Origin: Actinomycetota bacterium
GTDB taxonomy: Bacteria > Actinomycetota > Geothermincolia > Fen-727 > Anoxymicrobiaceae
DNA length: 64,000 nucleotides
Direction of reading: 5' to 3'
Assembly: GCA_016927325.1 (NCBI GenBank)
Contig: JAFGMY010000043.1
Coordinates: 2,612 to 66,611 of the forward strand
Position numbers and translations under genes: made by a program. This document shows, piece by piece, positions 19,763-31,061 of the stretch; position 1 is the stretch's first letter; each line of letters starts with the position of its first letter. Under the pieces are notes generated by a model. It had not been told where the DNA came from, did not search any database, and was given only the letters and a program-made list of their open reading frames with translations.

Positions 19763-21140
19763 TGGAATTCTGATAAAGAACGGCAATATTCTAAGGTTTT
19801 CCAAAGGCAAGGAACAGAAAGCGGATATCCTGATTGTAGATGGGATCATACGCAGGATCGACCGGGGCATCGAAGGAGGATCTCACAGGATAATTGACGC
19901 ACAGGACTGTATTGTGGCACCCGGACTGGTCGATATGCATACACATCTTCGTGAACCCGGAATGGAGCACAAGGAAGACATCGGCACTGGAAGCCGGGCG
20001 GCGGTGGCTGGAGGTTTTACCGCGGTCTTCTGCATGCCGAACACGGCTCCATGCATCGACAATCGTTCCGTAGCCGAATATGTGTTCGACAGAGGGAAGG
20101 AAGAAGGCCTGTGCATGGTATTGCCGCACGGCGCGCTGACGTTGGGACAGAAAGGCGAAGCGCTCGCGTCGATCGGGGATATGAACGCATGCCGCGCCCA
20201 CGTTCATGGGTTCTCCGATGACGGGAACCCCGTATCCGACTCCGAAGTGATGAGGCGGGCCATGGAGTACGCGAGGACTATAGGGGTCCTGGTCATATCA
20301 CATGCTGAGGAAAAAGCGCTCTCGGAGGGTGGACAGATCAACGAAGGTTACTACTCCACCCTGCTGGGGCTTCAGGGAATTCCGGCGGAAGCCGAGGAGA
20401 TACAGGTGTTCCGGGATATTGCGCTTGCGGAGAAAACCGGGGCGTCGCTTCACGTGGCGCATGTTTCGACCGCAGGGTCGGTAAGGCTCTTGCGTGAAGC
20501 CAAGAAACGGGGGGTGCCGGTCACCTGTGAGGTGACACCCCATCATTTGTCCCTCAATGATTCGATGATGGTCCAGTATGACACAAATCTGAAGATGAAC
20601 CCTCCGCTCAGATCTGAAAAAGACGTCCAGGCGGTTCTGGAGGGGCTTGCGGACGGAACGATAGACGTAATAGCTACCGACCACGCACCCCACGCCGCGC
20701 ATGAAAAGGAAGTTGAGTTTGATCTTGCCCCATTCGGCGTCATCGGTCTCGAGACATGCCTCCCGGTTGTTCTGAGCAGTGTCGTGGCGGAGGGGGTTTT
20801 AAAGATGGGTGACGCGATTAGACGGCTGAGCGCCGCTCCGGCCGAAATAATGAATATGAGCAGATGGGGATACGTTGCCGGTGTTGAAGAAGGCATCGCG
20901 GCCAACCTGGTCATATTCAACCCCGACATCGAATGGACGGTCGATCCTGGTCTATTGAGTTCCCGGTCGAAGAATACGCCTTACCGGGGAGCCCGGTTGA
21001 AAGGAAAGGTCCTGTTCACCATATACCGGGGCAATGTCGTTCTGGAAGACGGCGGTGGGACTCCGGCCGGAAACGACGGCGGGCTGGATATGGACAGGGT
21101 CGCCGGCCCGGTGCATGGTGAAGAGAAGCAGAAGGCATGA
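19755..21140 (+). CDS. pyrC: dihydroorotase
   Basis: Start set at ATG 19755 (MDSGILIKNG). GLVDMHTHLREPG, ATDHAPH. It carries a ~40-aa Gly/Asp-rich C-terminal tail not needed for the fold. Confidence 0.9.
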
Positions 21141-21162
21141 AGAGAGGATGGAGAGATAGAGA

Positions 21163-22287
21163 ATGACGCGATTCAGTGACCGGATTCCGGCCTTGCTGGT
21201 GCTCGAGGACGGGGCGTGCTTCAAGGGTTACAGCGTCGGTGCTTTGGGTGAGTTCACCGGTGAGGTCTGTTTTAATACCAGCATGACCGGCTACCAGGAG
21301 GTGCTCACCGACCCTTCCTACGCGGGGCAGATGGTAAACATGACGTATCCGCTTATGGGAAATTACGGCGTCAACAACGAGGATTTCGAGTCGGAAAAAG
21401 TTTATATGGGCGGCTTCCTGATGAGAGAGTGTTCCCGGATCAGGAGCAACTGGAGGTCGACCGGAGACCTTGACGGTTTCCTGAAAGATCACGGGGTGGT
21501 GGGTATCGAGGGTATCGATACCAGGGCTTTGACCAGGCATATCAGGAATGAAGGGGCGATGGTGGGGGTTCTGAGCAGCGTCGATCTCGATAAGGAAAGC
21601 CTGCTTGCCAGGGCGAAAGACTCTTGCGGGCTGGTCGGGGTAGACCTGGTCAGCGGCGTTTCGGCTGAGGCAATATACACATGGGACAAAGGTTGTGACC
21701 GGGACCACCGGTTCAATATCGTGGCTTACGATTTCGGCATCAAGAGAAACATACTGAGGCTTTTCGCTTCGCGGTCGTGCAGGGTAACCGTTGTGCCCGC
21801 CGATACTTCCGCCGAAGAAGTGCTGGATCTGAAACCCGATGGAATATTTCTTTCCAACGGACCGGGTGACCCCAGCGCCGTGACTTACGCGATAGAGTCT
21901 GTCCGCCGGCTGCTGGGAAAGAAACCCGTGTTCGGAATATGCCTCGGACATCAGATCCTGGGACTTGCGCTCGGGGGGGAGACCTACAAGTTGAAGTTCG
22001 GTCACAGGGGGGCAAACCAGCCGGTCATGAACCTGGACACGGGGAAAGTCGAGATTACTTCCCAGAACCATGGTTTCGCGGTCCGTGCGGATTCCCTGGA
22101 AGGGCTGGATTCCGGTGAGGTCGAAGTGACCCATTTAAACTTGAACGATAATACCACCGAAGGAATACGTTGTCGCAAGCTGGGGGCTTTTTCCGTTCAG
22201 TACCATCCGGAAGCTTCACCCGGCCCGCATGATTCCAGATACCTGTTCGAGAGTTTTATTAACATGATAGAGGAGTGGGACGGCTGA
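21163..22287 (+). CDS. carA: carbamoyl-phosphate synthase small (glutaminase) subunit
   Basis: [13 protein letters not shown]...GICLGHQ...HGFAV is the class I glutamine amidotransferase triad context. Confidence 0.95.
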   Translation: MTRFSDRIPALLVLEDGACFKGYSVGALGEFTGEVCFNTSMTGYQEVLTDPSYAGQMVNMTYPLMGNYGVNNEDFESEKVYMGGFLMRECSRIRSNWRSTGDLDGFLKDHGVVGIEGIDTRALTRHIRNEGAMVGVLSSVDLDKESLLARAKDSCGLVGVDLVSGVSAEAIYTWDKGCDRDHRFNIVAYDFGIKRNILRLFASRSCRVTVVPADTSAEEVLDLKPDGIFLSNGPGDPSAVTYAIESVRRLLGKKPVFGICLGHQILGLALGGETYKLKFGHRGANQPVMNLDTGKVEITSQNHGFAVRADSLEGLDSGEVEVTHLNLNDNTTEGIRCRKLGAFSVQYHPEASPGPHDSRYLFESFINMIEEWDG

Positions 22288-22288
22288 T

Positions 22289-25200
22289 ATGCCCAGAAGG
22301 AACGACATAGAAAAGATTCTTATAATCGGTTCCGGCCCCATAGTAATAGGCCAGGCGTGCGAGTTTGATTACTCGGGGACCCAGGCCTGCAAAGTGCTTC
22401 GTGAGGACGGCTTCAAGGTTGTTCTGGTGAACAGCAATCCGGCTACCATAATGACCGATCCGGAGTTTGCCGACAGAACTTACATCGAACCGATAAACGC
22501 TGAATGGGTGGCGAAAGTAATAGAAAGGGAACGGCCCGACGCCCTGCTGCCCACGCTCGGCGGTCAGACCGGGCTGAACGTTTCGGTGGCTCTTGTTGAG
22601 GATGGAGTATTGGACCGCTTCAATGTGGAGTTGATCGGTGCCGGATACGATGTCATAAACAAGGCCGAAGACCGCAACCTTTTCAAGGCGGCGATGCGCC
22701 GCATCGGTCTTGATATTCCTGAAAGCGATTTCGCCTACTCACTTGACGACGCTGCCCGCATCGGCTCCGAACTGGGCTTTCCTCTGGTGATAAGGCCCAG
22801 TTTTACTTTAGGCGGAGGTGGAGGCGGCCTGGTATACGACATGGAAGAGCTTCAAAAGGTAGCGCGCCACGGACTCGACCTGAGCCCTATCTCGGAGATA
22901 CTGATCGAGCAGTCGGTAAAGGGATGGAAGGAATACGAGCTGGAGGTCATGCGTGATTTCAAGGACAACGTCGTTATTGTATGCACTATAGAGAACTTCG
23001 ACCCGATGGGGGTTCATACAGGCGACTCCATCACCGTTGCTCCGGCACAGACTTTGACTGACAGGGAGTATCAGGTGCTCAGAAACGCGTCCATCGCAAT
23101 TATGAGGGAGATAGGGGTGGAGACCGGGGGGTCGAATATTCAGTTCGCAGTCGAGCCGTCCACCGGTGAAGTCGTTGTCATAGAAATGAACCCGCGGGTC
23201 TCCCGGTCGAGTGCTCTCGCTTCAAAGGCAACCGGTTTTCCGATCGCGAAGATAGCGGCAAAGCTTGCCGTTGGATATACGCTGGACGAAATCGCCAACG
23301 ATATAACCCGTGAGACGCCGGCCTGCTTTGAGCCGACCATAGACTACTGTGTGGTGAAGTTCCCCAGATGGGCATTTGAGAAATTTCCCGGTGCCGACAT
23401 GGCGCTGACGACCAGGATGAAGTCTGTGGGAGAAGCTATGTCGATTGGACGGACCTTTAAAGAGGCGGTGCAGAAAGCGGTGCGCTCGCTGGAGATCGAT
23501 TATTACAGTCTTGCCGGTAAGGACGCGACCCCCGCCGGTGAACTGCTGGAGAAGCTGGAGAGTGCGAGCCACGACCGGCTATTTCAAATATACAGTGCCA
23601 TAAGAGAGGGAATACCGATAACCGAAATCAACCGCCGGACCGGAATCGACCTCTGGTTTCTGGACAATCTGGCTGAAGTGCAGGAACTCGAAGAGGAGCT
23701 GAAACTTTTCACACTCAACACGATCAGCGACGACCTGTTTCTCGAAGCGAAGAGGTTCGGATTTTCCGATGTTGAACTGGGGCGCCTGTTCGGCCGCTCC
23801 GAGATCGAGATAAGGGAGGAAAGGAAGAGAAGAGGAATAAAACCGGTGTTCAACGCGGTTGATACCTGCGCGGCCGAGTTCGAGGCTTATACTCCATACT
23901 ACTATTCGACTTATGAAACAGAGGATGAGGTAAAACCTGCCGATAAGCAGAAAGTGATGATTCTCGGCAGCGGGCCCAACCGTATCGGGCAGGGGATAGA
24001 GTTTGATTACTGCTGCGTACACGCTTCGTTTGCCTGCAGGGAGCTGGGATACGAGACGATAATGGTCAACTGCAATCCCGAGACGGTGTCGACCGACTAC
24101 GACACCAGCGACAGGCTGTACTTTGAGCCCCTGACTTTCGAGGATGTAATGAACATCGCCGATCGGGAGGAACCGTTGGGTGTAATCCTGCAACTCGGCG
24201 GACAGACACCGCTCAAGCTCGCATTTCCTCTGGAAAGGGCCGGGATGAATATTCTGGGCACGTCCCCGGAGGCTATTGACCTGGCTGAAGACCGTGAACG
24301 GTTCGGCAGGCTTCTGAAGAAGCTTGGCATCAAGCACCCACCCGACGGCACCGCCGTTTCAAAGGAAGAGGCGCTTGAAGCGGGGAGAAGGATAGGGTAT
24401 CCGGTTCTGGTAAGGCCGTCCTATGTGCTGGGCGGAAGGGCCATGGAGATCGTCTACTCTGACGAGATGATGGAAAAATACATCGAAACCGCGGTCAAAG
24501 CTTCACCCCGGCACCCGGTGCTGGTGGATAAGTTCCTGGAAGACGCCAAGGAAATCGACGTTGATGCCCTTTCGGACGGTGAAGAGGTTTTCATAGGCGC
24601 GATTATGGAACATGTGGAGGAGGCGGGAATACACTCCGGCGATTCAGCGTGTGTTATTCCACCGGTGTTTATTACCCCGTCTGTCAGGAAGAAGATAGAA
24701 AGGTACACCAGGCTCCTGGCGGTCGAACTCGGGGTGGTGGGCCTTATCAACATACAGTATGCGGTAAAGGACGGTGAAGTGTTTGTGCTCGAGGTCAACC
24801 CCCGGGCAAGCAGGACCGTACCTTTCGTGAGCAAGGCCATAGGCATACCGATGGCCAAGATGGCGACGCGACTGATGCTGGGGGAAAAGATTAAAGACCT
24901 CGATCTGAAGGAAGAGCGGTATTCCAGGCTGAAGCATGTTTCGGTAAAAGAAGCCGTATTGCCGTTTGTAAGGTTTCCCGGAGTCGATACCGTCCTTGGG
25001 CCCGAGATGAAATCCACCGGTGAGGTAATGGGCCTGGACGACTACTCGGGAGATGACGATGCCGGTATCGGAATGGCTATGGTGAAGTCACAGATCGCCA
25101 GCTATAACCATTTTCCGATTTCGGGGACCGCTTTCATAAGCGTACCCGACCGGAAAAAGAAGGAGGCCGCGTATCTCGCCAAGCGTTTGAAAGACGAGGG

Positions 25201-25552
25201 GTTCATGATTCTTGCCACGCGGGGCACCGCGGCGGCGATCGAAGTGCAGGGCATAGAGGTTGAGATCGTTGAGAAAGTGGGCGAGGGAACCCCCGATATA
25301 GTGGATTACATCAAAGATGGAAAAGTGGACCTGGTTATCAATGTGCCCGGAGGCAGGGGAAGCCGTGGCAGCGGTTATGAGATCAGGACCGAGTCCACGA
25401 TGAACGGAATACCCTGCATTACCACGATAGAACTTGCGGACATTATCATCATGGGAATAACCGATCTGAAGAGAAACGGTATTAAAGTAAAGAGCCTGCA
25501 GGAGTACCATGCGGGGATACAGGAAGTTCTGGATGAAGGGGTATCGAGTTGA
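22289..25552 (+). CDS. carB: carbamoyl-phosphate synthase large subunit
   Basis: 1087 aa. Duplicated ATP-grasp halves ([24 protein letters not shown] and [24 protein letters not shown]) and a C-terminal MGS-like domain. Confidence 0.97.
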   Translation: MPRRNDIEKILIIGSGPIVIGQACEFDYSGTQACKVLREDGFKVVLVNSNPATIMTDPEFADRTYIEPINAEWVAKVIERERPDALLPTLGGQTGLNVSVALVEDGVLDRFNVELIGAGYDVINKAEDRNLFKAAMRRIGLDIPESDFAYSLDDAARIGSELGFPLVIRPSFTLGGGGGGLVYDMEELQKVARHGLDLSPISEILIEQSVKGWKEYELEVMRDFKDNVVIVCTIENFDPMGVHTGDSITVAPAQTLTDREYQVLRNASIAIMREIGVETGGSNIQFAVEPSTGEVVVIEMNPRVSRSSALASKATGFPIAKIAAKLAVGYTLDEIANDITRETPACFEPTIDYCVVKFPRWAFEKFPGADMALTTRMKSVGEAMSIGRTFKEAVQKAVRSLEIDYYSLAGKDATPAGELLEKLESASHDRLFQIYSAIREGIPITEINRRTGIDLWFLDNLAEVQELEEELKLFTLNTISDDLFLEAKRFGFSDVELGRLFGRSEIEIREERKRRGIKPVFNAVDTCAAEFEAYTPYYYSTYETEDEVKPADKQKVMILGSGPNRIGQGIEFDYCCVHASFACRELGYETIMVNCNPETVSTDYDTSDRLYFEPLTFEDVMNIADREEPLGVILQLGGQTPLKLAFPLERAGMNILGTSPEAIDLAEDRERFGRLLKKLGIKHPPDGTAVSKEEALEAGRRIGYPVLVRPSYVLGGRAMEIVYSDEMMEKYIETAVKASPRHPVLVDKFLEDAKEIDVDALSDGEEVFIGAIMEHVEEAGIHSGDSACVIPPVFITPSVRKKIERYTRLLAVELGVVGLINIQYAVKDGEVFVLEVNPRASRTVPFVSKAIGIPMAKMATRLMLGEKIKDLDLKEERYSRLKHVSVKEAVLPFVRFPGVDTVLGPEMKSTGEVMGLDDYSGDDDAGIGMAMVKSQIASYNHFPISGTAFISVPDRKKKEAAYLAKRLKDEGFMILATRGTAAAIEVQGIEVEIVEKVGEGTPDIVDYIKDGKVDLVINVPGGRGSRGSGYEIRTESTMNGIPCITTIELADIIIMGITDLKRNGIKVKSLQEYHAGIQEVLDEGVSS

Positions 25553-26367
25553 ATGGTGCCGTGAAACTCTCCGGTCGGTGCGGCCGTTGCCGGATTTCAA
25601 GAAGTGATAAGGTTGCGGGTTCTATCCATCTTGTTGAACTCGAAATCAGGGATTGCCCCGTGGATCTGGAAAGGCCGCGGCCGGGCCAGTTTTTCCAGGT
25701 GAAGTGCGCTGATGGGCCGGAACATATTCTGAGAAGGCCTCTCAGTGTTCATGGGATAACACAGTGGGACGAACCAGGGCACTCGTTGGAACTGCTGGTT
25801 GAAGATGTCGGATGGGGCACCCACCGCCTTTGTTCTCTTTCCGTGGGCTCCGAGGTTGAATTGCTGGGCCCTCTCGGCCGCGGTTTTGAGATGCCTCGAG
25901 CCGGAAAGGCGCTTCTGGTCGCTGGAGGGATGGGGATAGCGCCCCTGTTTTTCATGGCGCGGGAGATGGATCACGTCGATGCCGGGTACGATCTCGTCGC
26001 CGGTTTCAAATCAGGAGACTGCGCCTATGCTCCGCTGGCCTGTTTGAAGGGCGGCGGAGTGCTGTGCACCGAGGACGGTTCAGCCGGAGAAAAGGGCACC
26101 GCAGTGGGGAAAGCGGCCGGATATATGGAACGCTCGGTGTACTCGATGATATATGTGTGTGGACCCGAGGCAATGATGGCGGAAATGTCCCGCCTGGCTG
26201 AAAAGGCGGATATACCGTGCCAGGTGTCGCTGGTGTCGCGGATGGCTTGCGGGATAGGTGTCTGCAGGGGTTGCGCAAGACCGGGGCGCAACGGAGATAA
26301 TCTTTGCGTTTGCAGGGAGGGCCCGGTTTTTGATTCGACGCGGGTGGAGTGGATATGTGTACAGTAG
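25549..26367 (+). CDS. pyrK: dihydroorotate dehydrogenase B electron-transfer (FAD/2Fe-2S) subunit
   Basis: RRPLSV (FAD-binding), GGMGIAPL, and the C-terminal Cys cluster CGIGVCRGC...C. TTG start overlaps the carB stop (TTGA); the exact start is uncertain. Confidence 0.85.
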   Translation: MNGAVKLSGRCGRCRISRSDKVAGSIHLVELEIRDCPVDLERPRPGQFFQVKCADGPEHILRRPLSVHGITQWDEPGHSLELLVEDVGWGTHRLCSLSVGSEVELLGPLGRGFEMPRAGKALLVAGGMGIAPLFFMAREMDHVDAGYDLVAGFKSGDCAYAPLACLKGGGVLCTEDGSAGEKGTAVGKAAGYMERSVYSMIYVCGPEAMMAEMSRLAEKADIPCQVSLVSRMACGIGVCRGCARPGRNGDNLCVCREGPVFDSTRVEWICVQ

Positions 26368-26458
26368 TAACATTACCAATTACATATAACTATAATATAA
26401 TATAGTAACATTATATATATTATGTAACAATATTATAATATAACAACAGGATATTATT
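26368..26458 (+). promoter_or_regulatory. 91-bp extremely AT-rich spacer inside the pyr operon (possible internal promoter or protein-binding site)
   Basis: By my count only 13 G/C in 91 nt. Contains TATAAT at 26391-26396 and 26434-26439, an 11-nt direct repeat TAGTAACATTA (26365-26375 and 26403-26413), and four TAACA copies. Function not established. Confidence 0.3.
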
Positions 26459-27373
26459 GTGGTTGATCTATCAATAAAACTGGCGGGCATCGATTTAAAA
26501 AGCCCCCTGGTTCTCGCTTCGGGAACCGCCGGGTATGGGGTGGAGTTAGCTTCCATCTGTGGCTACTCCGGATTAGGGGCGGTTACTCTCAAATCGCTTA
26601 CCATTATGCCGAGGCCGGGAAACCGGAGCCCCCGCGTATGGGAGACAACCGGTGGAATGCTTAATTCTATCGGCCTTGAAAATGCCGGTGTTGATGCATT
26701 CCTGAGCGATTTTCTTCCACAGTTGAATGAACTCGGGGTCCCACTGATCGTTAGCATAGCAGGGGAGACGGCGGGAGAGTACGCGCTGCTCGCCAGAAGG
26801 ATATCCGGCGCGCCGGGTTCTATTGTGGCGATAGAGGTGAACGTTTCGTGCCCGAACGTTGAAAAAGGTGGCCTCATGTTCGGGGCCGAGCCACAGGCGA
26901 GCGGTGCGGTGACTTCGGCGGTGGTGGAAAATACCGGCCTGCCCGTGTTTACCAAGTTGTCGGCCTCGGTGTTCGATATTGTAAGGATAGCGGAGGCGGT
27001 CGCCGCCGCAGGGGCGTCGGGCCTTTCCCTGATAAATACCCTGCCGGGCATGGCGATCAATCCTGTAACCGGATACCCAAGGCTGGGAACGGTTTCGGGG
27101 GGTCTTTCCGGCCCGGCTATTAAACCGGTCGCGGTCAAAGCGGTATGGGACTGCTACAGGGCAACAGGACTTCCTGTTATCGGAGGCGGTGGAGTATATA
27201 ATGCCCTTGATGTAGTGGAGTTTATGAGGGCGGGAGCGACTGCTGTTTCAATAGGAACAGCCACATTCCAGAACCCCTGCAGGTTTGAACAGATTGCCTG
27301 TGAGTTGCCGGATATCATGAACCGGACAGGAGCTCTGAGACCGGCCGACCTTGTCGGATCTGTTAAAGTATGA
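26459..27373 (+). CDS. pyrD: dihydroorotate dehydrogenase B catalytic subunit
   Basis: GTG start. LASGTAGYG, NSIGLEN, EVNVSCPN and GGGGV are class 1B DHODH motifs. Confidence 0.93.
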   Translation: MVDLSIKLAGIDLKSPLVLASGTAGYGVELASICGYSGLGAVTLKSLTIMPRPGNRSPRVWETTGGMLNSIGLENAGVDAFLSDFLPQLNELGVPLIVSIAGETAGEYALLARRISGAPGSIVAIEVNVSCPNVEKGGLMFGAEPQASGAVTSAVVENTGLPVFTKLSASVFDIVRIAEAVAAAGASGLSLINTLPGMAINPVTGYPRLGTVSGGLSGPAIKPVAVKAVWDCYRATGLPVIGGGGVYNALDVVEFMRAGATAVSIGTATFQNPCRFEQIACELPDIMNRTGALRPADLVGSVKV

Positions 27374-27395
27374 CCGGTGTAAAGTATGACCGGTG
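27364..27395 (+). repeat. perfect 16-bp tandem duplication spanning the pyrD stop codon
   Basis: TAAAGTATGACCGGTG at 27364-27379 is repeated exactly at 27380-27395. The first copy contains the pyrD TGA (27371-27373). Confidence 0.9.
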
Positions 27396-27471
27396 CCAGG
27401 TCGTTCATTTTACCTACGGTAAAACAAAAGACCCGGGACACCGGAGTTGGACACCATAGAAAGAAGAGAAA

Positions 27472-28200
27472 ATGGACAAAGACTTACTGAAAAAGTTAAG
27501 CCCCCTGATCCTGGCGATGGACACCTCCAGCCTCCACGAAGCGCGTGAAGTCGCGTCAAAGGTTGTGGAAAGCGTCGATATCGTGAAAATAGGACTGCAG
27601 TTGTTCTCCAGTGCCGGGACCGGTTCCATAAGTTCATTCAAGGACGACGGTTTCGAGATATTCGTCGACATCAAGATGTGCGACATCCCCAATACCGTAG
27701 CATCGGCGTGCAGGGTTTTGTGCGATTACGAACCCCTGATGCTGACCATTCACACTATGGGGGGAGTCGAAATGATGAGGGCGGCTTCAATTGCGGTAAG
27801 GGAACACTGTGATGGCCTGGGGCTCAGAAAGCCGTTGCTGGTGGGAGTGACCGTCCTGACCAGTATCGATCTTTTCGCGCTGGGAAAGATCGGTGTGGAT
27901 GATTCTGTTGAAGGGCAGGTATGCAGGCTGGCCGCGCTGGCCAGGGATAGCGGCATGGACGGTCTGGTATGCTCACCTCTGGAGATAACGCCGGTCCGCC
28001 GCGAAGTGGGAGAAGAGATGGTCCTGGTAACCCCGGGAGTAAGGCTTCGTGACTCTGACAGGAACGATCAGTTGAGGGTCGCGGCTCCGGGTGAGGCAAT
28101 GAAATCCGGGGCCGATTTCCTGGTTGTTGGAAGACCAATATACGAATCGGAGGATCCGGAGGGCAGTGCCGGAAGAATTCTCGATGATATCAGGTTATGA
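27472..28200 (+). CDS. pyrF: orotidine 5'-phosphate decarboxylase
   Basis: LILAMD...DIVKIG...FVDIKMCDIPNT...VVGRPI. Confidence 0.92.
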   Translation: MDKDLLKKLSPLILAMDTSSLHEAREVASKVVESVDIVKIGLQLFSSAGTGSISSFKDDGFEIFVDIKMCDIPNTVASACRVLCDYEPLMLTIHTMGGVEMMRAASIAVREHCDGLGLRKPLLVGVTVLTSIDLFALGKIGVDDSVEGQVCRLAALARDSGMDGLVCSPLEITPVRREVGEEMVLVTPGVRLRDSDRNDQLRVAAPGEAMKSGADFLVVGRPIYESEDPEGSAGRILDDIRL

Positions 28201-28264
28201 TATCCACCGAGTTTCAGGGTGGCTTTAAACGAAAAAGGGCTCATTGACATGAAAGGGCCGGGTC

Positions 28265-28834
28265 TTGGATAAAAACGAACTGATTGCCGAACTTACAGGA
28301 AGCGGAGCATTGAGGGAAGGCCACTTCAGGCTCTCGTCCGGGCTGCACAGCGATACGTACATTCAGTGCGCGAAGCTCCTTGAGAACCCTCTGACAGCGG
28401 TTAAAGTGGGAAAATCGATAGCCGGAATTGCCGGTGGGAACGTCGACCTGGTTTTTTGTCCCGCTCTTGGAGCGTTAATAGTCGGCTTTACCACCGCCCT
28501 TGCCCTGGAAGTGCCGATGGTGTTCGCCGAACGAAGAGAGGGTGGCATGTGCCTGAGGCGGGGTTTTGAAATTGAAAAGGGCAGATCGGTGCTTCTGGTT
28601 GAAGATGTTATCACTACCGGCGGATCGATAAAGGAACTGGCCGGGATAGTCGAAGGTTCCGGCGCGGTTGTATCCGGGATAGCGTGCATTGTGAACAGGA
28701 GCGGATACAGTACGATGGAGTACCCGGTCCACCAGTTGCTGAGTATCGAGCCGGAGATTTTCAGTCCTGATGATTGCCCCCTTTGCAGGGATGGTGTTCC
28801 GCTGGATACGCCGGGCACCAGGTTTGCGCGTTGA
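28265..28834 (+). CDS. pyrE: orotate phosphoribosyltransferase
   Basis: TTG start. GHFRLSSGLHSDTYIQ, and the PRPP motif VLLVEDVITTGGS. Confidence 0.92.
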   Translation: MDKNELIAELTGSGALREGHFRLSSGLHSDTYIQCAKLLENPLTAVKVGKSIAGIAGGNVDLVFCPALGALIVGFTTALALEVPMVFAERREGGMCLRRGFEIEKGRSVLLVEDVITTGGSIKELAGIVEGSGAVVSGIACIVNRSGYSTMEYPVHQLLSIEPEIFSPDDCPLCRDGVPLDTPGTRFAR

Positions 28835-28862
28835 TGTGTTTTTGCCATGAAATTGTCATATC

Positions 28863-28891
28863 CGTGCGCATTGACTATAATTTTTCCCCCG
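28863..28891 (+). promoter_or_regulatory. sigma-70-type promoter candidate for gmk-rpoZ-coaBC
   Basis: TTGTCA (28863-28868), an exact 17-nt spacer, then TATAAT (28886-28891), about 50 nt upstream of the gmk ATG. Confidence 0.5.
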
Positions 28892-28943
28892 GAGGAACAG
28901 TTCCGGGATTATCCGGCTTTGAAACGAAGCCCTGGGAAAAATA

Positions 28944-29501
28944 ATGAAGAAAGGTAAAATTTTTGTGGTGGCCGGCCCGTCCGGCGTTGGTAAAGATACC
29001 TTGATCCGGAAAGCGGTTAAAGGGGTCGAGCGGCTGCACTGTTCGATTTCAGCTACTACCAGAAAACCGAGAAAAGGTGAAATAGACGGGAAGGACTACT
29101 ATTTTCTGGGCGAAAACGAGTTTGAACAGAAAGTGAAGCATGGAGAGTTTTTAGAGCACAAGCAGGTGTACGGCAATAAGTACGGTACTCTATGGGAAGA
29201 AGTCAAAGGGCATATTCAGTCCGGTGAAAGTGTTTTGCTGGAAATAGATGTCCAGGGAGCGCTGGACGTCAAGTCGGAAGTGAAAGATGCATTGCTGATT
29301 TTTATCATGCCGCCGTCGCTCGAGGAACTGGAATCAAGGTTATTAAACAGGAAGACGGACGTAACAAGCGAAATCAAGACTAGAATGGGAACTGCGCCGG
29401 CCGAGATTGAAATCGGAAAAAAGTATTTTGACATCATCGTGTACAACGAAAACGCGGATGAAGCAGCCGAAAAACTCGCCGGAATTTTGAAGGGAGAATA
29501 G
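28944..29501 (+). CDS. gmk: guanylate kinase
   Basis: P-loop GPSGVGKDT, then TTRKPRKGEIDGKDYYF. Confidence 0.93.
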   Translation: MKKGKIFVVAGPSGVGKDTLIRKAVKGVERLHCSISATTRKPRKGEIDGKDYYFLGENEFEQKVKHGEFLEHKQVYGNKYGTLWEEVKGHIQSGESVLLEIDVQGALDVKSEVKDALLIFIMPPSLEELESRLLNRKTDVTSEIKTRMGTAPAEIEIGKKYFDIIVYNENADEAAEKLAGILKGE

Positions 29502-29506
29502 ACGCT

Positions 29507-29752
29507 ATGATAACACCAAAGCTGGAGGACCTGCTGGGGCATACAGAGAACAGGTTCACGCTGGTCATCGAATCGGCGAAACGGGCAAGACAGATAACCA
29601 ACTTTCAGAAGAGGCTTGGGGAAGGAGCCGGTGGTGTCGCCCCGATGAAACTGGAAGACATCTCAAAAAAACCGCTGACCGTCGCAATGCAGGAGATAGC
29701 CGAAGGGGAGATCGAGTACGACAGGCCTGAGGATGAAGAAGCGCCGTTTTAA
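29507..29752 (+). CDS. rpoZ: DNA-directed RNA polymerase subunit omega
   Basis: 81 aa. NRFTLVIESAKRARQI, in the conserved position between gmk and coaBC. Confidence 0.85.
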   Translation: MITPKLEDLLGHTENRFTLVIESAKRARQITNFQKRLGEGAGGVAPMKLEDISKKPLTVAMQEIAEGEIEYDRPEDEEAPF

Positions 29753-29769
29753 ACTGGAGGCTTGATTCT

Positions 29770-30966
29770 ATGAGCAGGCTTGCCGGCAAGAATGTCGTCC
29801 TGGGTGTCTCCGGAGGCATTGCTGTGTATAAGGCTGTCGAGTTGTCGCGCCTTCTGGTTAAAAAGGGCGCAAATGTAAAAGCGATTATGACCGAGGCGGC
29901 TTCCAGGTTTGTCAATCCTCTCACGTTCAGGGTAGCAACCGGAAATCCGGTTACGACATCGATGTGGTCTGATCCCGGTCTTCCGATACCTCATATATCG
30001 CTGAGCGAGGAAGCCGATATTATTCTCGTTGCTCCCGCGACGGCGAACATCGTAGCCAAGTGTGCTAACGGCATTGCCGACGACATACTTTCCACAACTC
30101 TTCTTGCCGCAAGGGGAAAGATAGTGTTTGCCCCCGCAATGAACTCGAGAATGTATCTGAACCACGCGACGCAAGAGAACCTCTCAACATTAATAAAGAG
30201 AGGGATAACTATTGTGGAGCCGGAAAAAGGTGAGCTTGCCTGCGGCGATGAAGGTGTGGGCAGGATGGCTGAACCCCCGGTGATTGTTGAAACGCTGGAA
30301 TGCCTTGCGGTGCAGAACTCTGACCTGGAGGGACTGCGGATAATGGTTACCGCCGGGCCCACAAGGGAGCACATAGATCCGGTTCGCTTCATTTCCAACC
30401 CCTCTACCGGGCGGATGGGCTACGCAATCGCCGACCTTGCGCGAAAGAGGGGGGCCGAGGTGACGCTGGTCACAGGACCAACGAGCCTTGAGCCTCCGAT
30501 TGGAGTAAATACGCACAGTGTCGTTTCCGCTTCCGAAATGAAGGATACGGTTATGGCGGGTGTCGGTTCAGCGGATGTGCTTGTGATGACGGCGGCCGTG
30601 GCGGACTATACCCCGGGAGAAACATCAAAAAGCAAGATCAAGAAGAAAGACGGCCCACCCGGGATTTCTTTACGGCCTACCGCCGATATCCTGCGGGAGG
30701 TGTCGAAGGAGAAACGGGATCTGGTGGTAGTCGGGTTTGCCGCCGAGACAGACGACGTGGTGGAAAACGCGCTCCAGAAAATGCGTGAAAAGAAAATGGA
30801 TTTTATCGTGGCGAACAAGGTTGCTGAAGAAGGAACGGGATTTGCCTCCGAGACCAATCTCGCGACAATACTCTCGCCCGACGATTCGAGCGGAACACTT
30901 TCACTTGTGACGAAATGCGAATTGGCTTCGATGATACTCGACAAGATCGCTTCTTTGGCCGGATAA
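29770..30966 (+). CDS. coaBC: bifunctional phosphopantothenoylcysteine decarboxylase / phosphopantothenate-cysteine ligase
   Basis: 398 aa. Flavoprotein N-domain (VVLGVSGGIAVYK...APAMN) and DFP C-domain (ITAGPTREHIDPVRFISNPSTGRMG). Confidence 0.93.
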   Translation: MSRLAGKNVVLGVSGGIAVYKAVELSRLLVKKGANVKAIMTEAASRFVNPLTFRVATGNPVTTSMWSDPGLPIPHISLSEEADIILVAPATANIVAKCANGIADDILSTTLLAARGKIVFAPAMNSRMYLNHATQENLSTLIKRGITIVEPEKGELACGDEGVGRMAEPPVIVETLECLAVQNSDLEGLRIMVTAGPTREHIDPVRFISNPSTGRMGYAIADLARKRGAEVTLVTGPTSLEPPIGVNTHSVVSASEMKDTVMAGVGSADVLVMTAAVADYTPGETSKSKIKKKDGPPGISLRPTADILREVSKEKRDLVVVGFAAETDDVVENALQKMREKKMDFIVANKVAEEGTGFASETNLATILSPDDSSGTLSLVTKCELASMILDKIASLAG

Positions 30967-31061
30967 TATGCCTTATAATATTACATTGCCGGGTTGTTTT
31001 TGTTGTCAAGTTCGAACTGATAGAAGTCGATCAAAGTAACGAAGGCGATTTACAGGGTAAA

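Noticed and set aside
21016-22134. 372-aa minus-strand ORF covering almost all of carA. Similar long antisense ORFs occur at 12734-13645 (+), 17272-18009 (-), 23579-24337 (-), 33378-34151 (-), 44066-44926 (-) and 60278-60949 (+).
   Set aside because: Each lies entirely opposite a gene with unmistakable family motifs. Their translations are Arg/Pro/Gly/Ser-rich low-complexity sequence with no motifs. They are typical shadow ORFs of GC-biased coding DNA.
30915-31061. Upstream part of the listed 170-aa ORF overlapping the 3' end of coaBC.
   Set aside because: The overlap with coaBC and the hydrophobic, low-complexity translation argue against it. The internal ATG at 31062 is a more plausible start, and even that gene is only a hypothetical.
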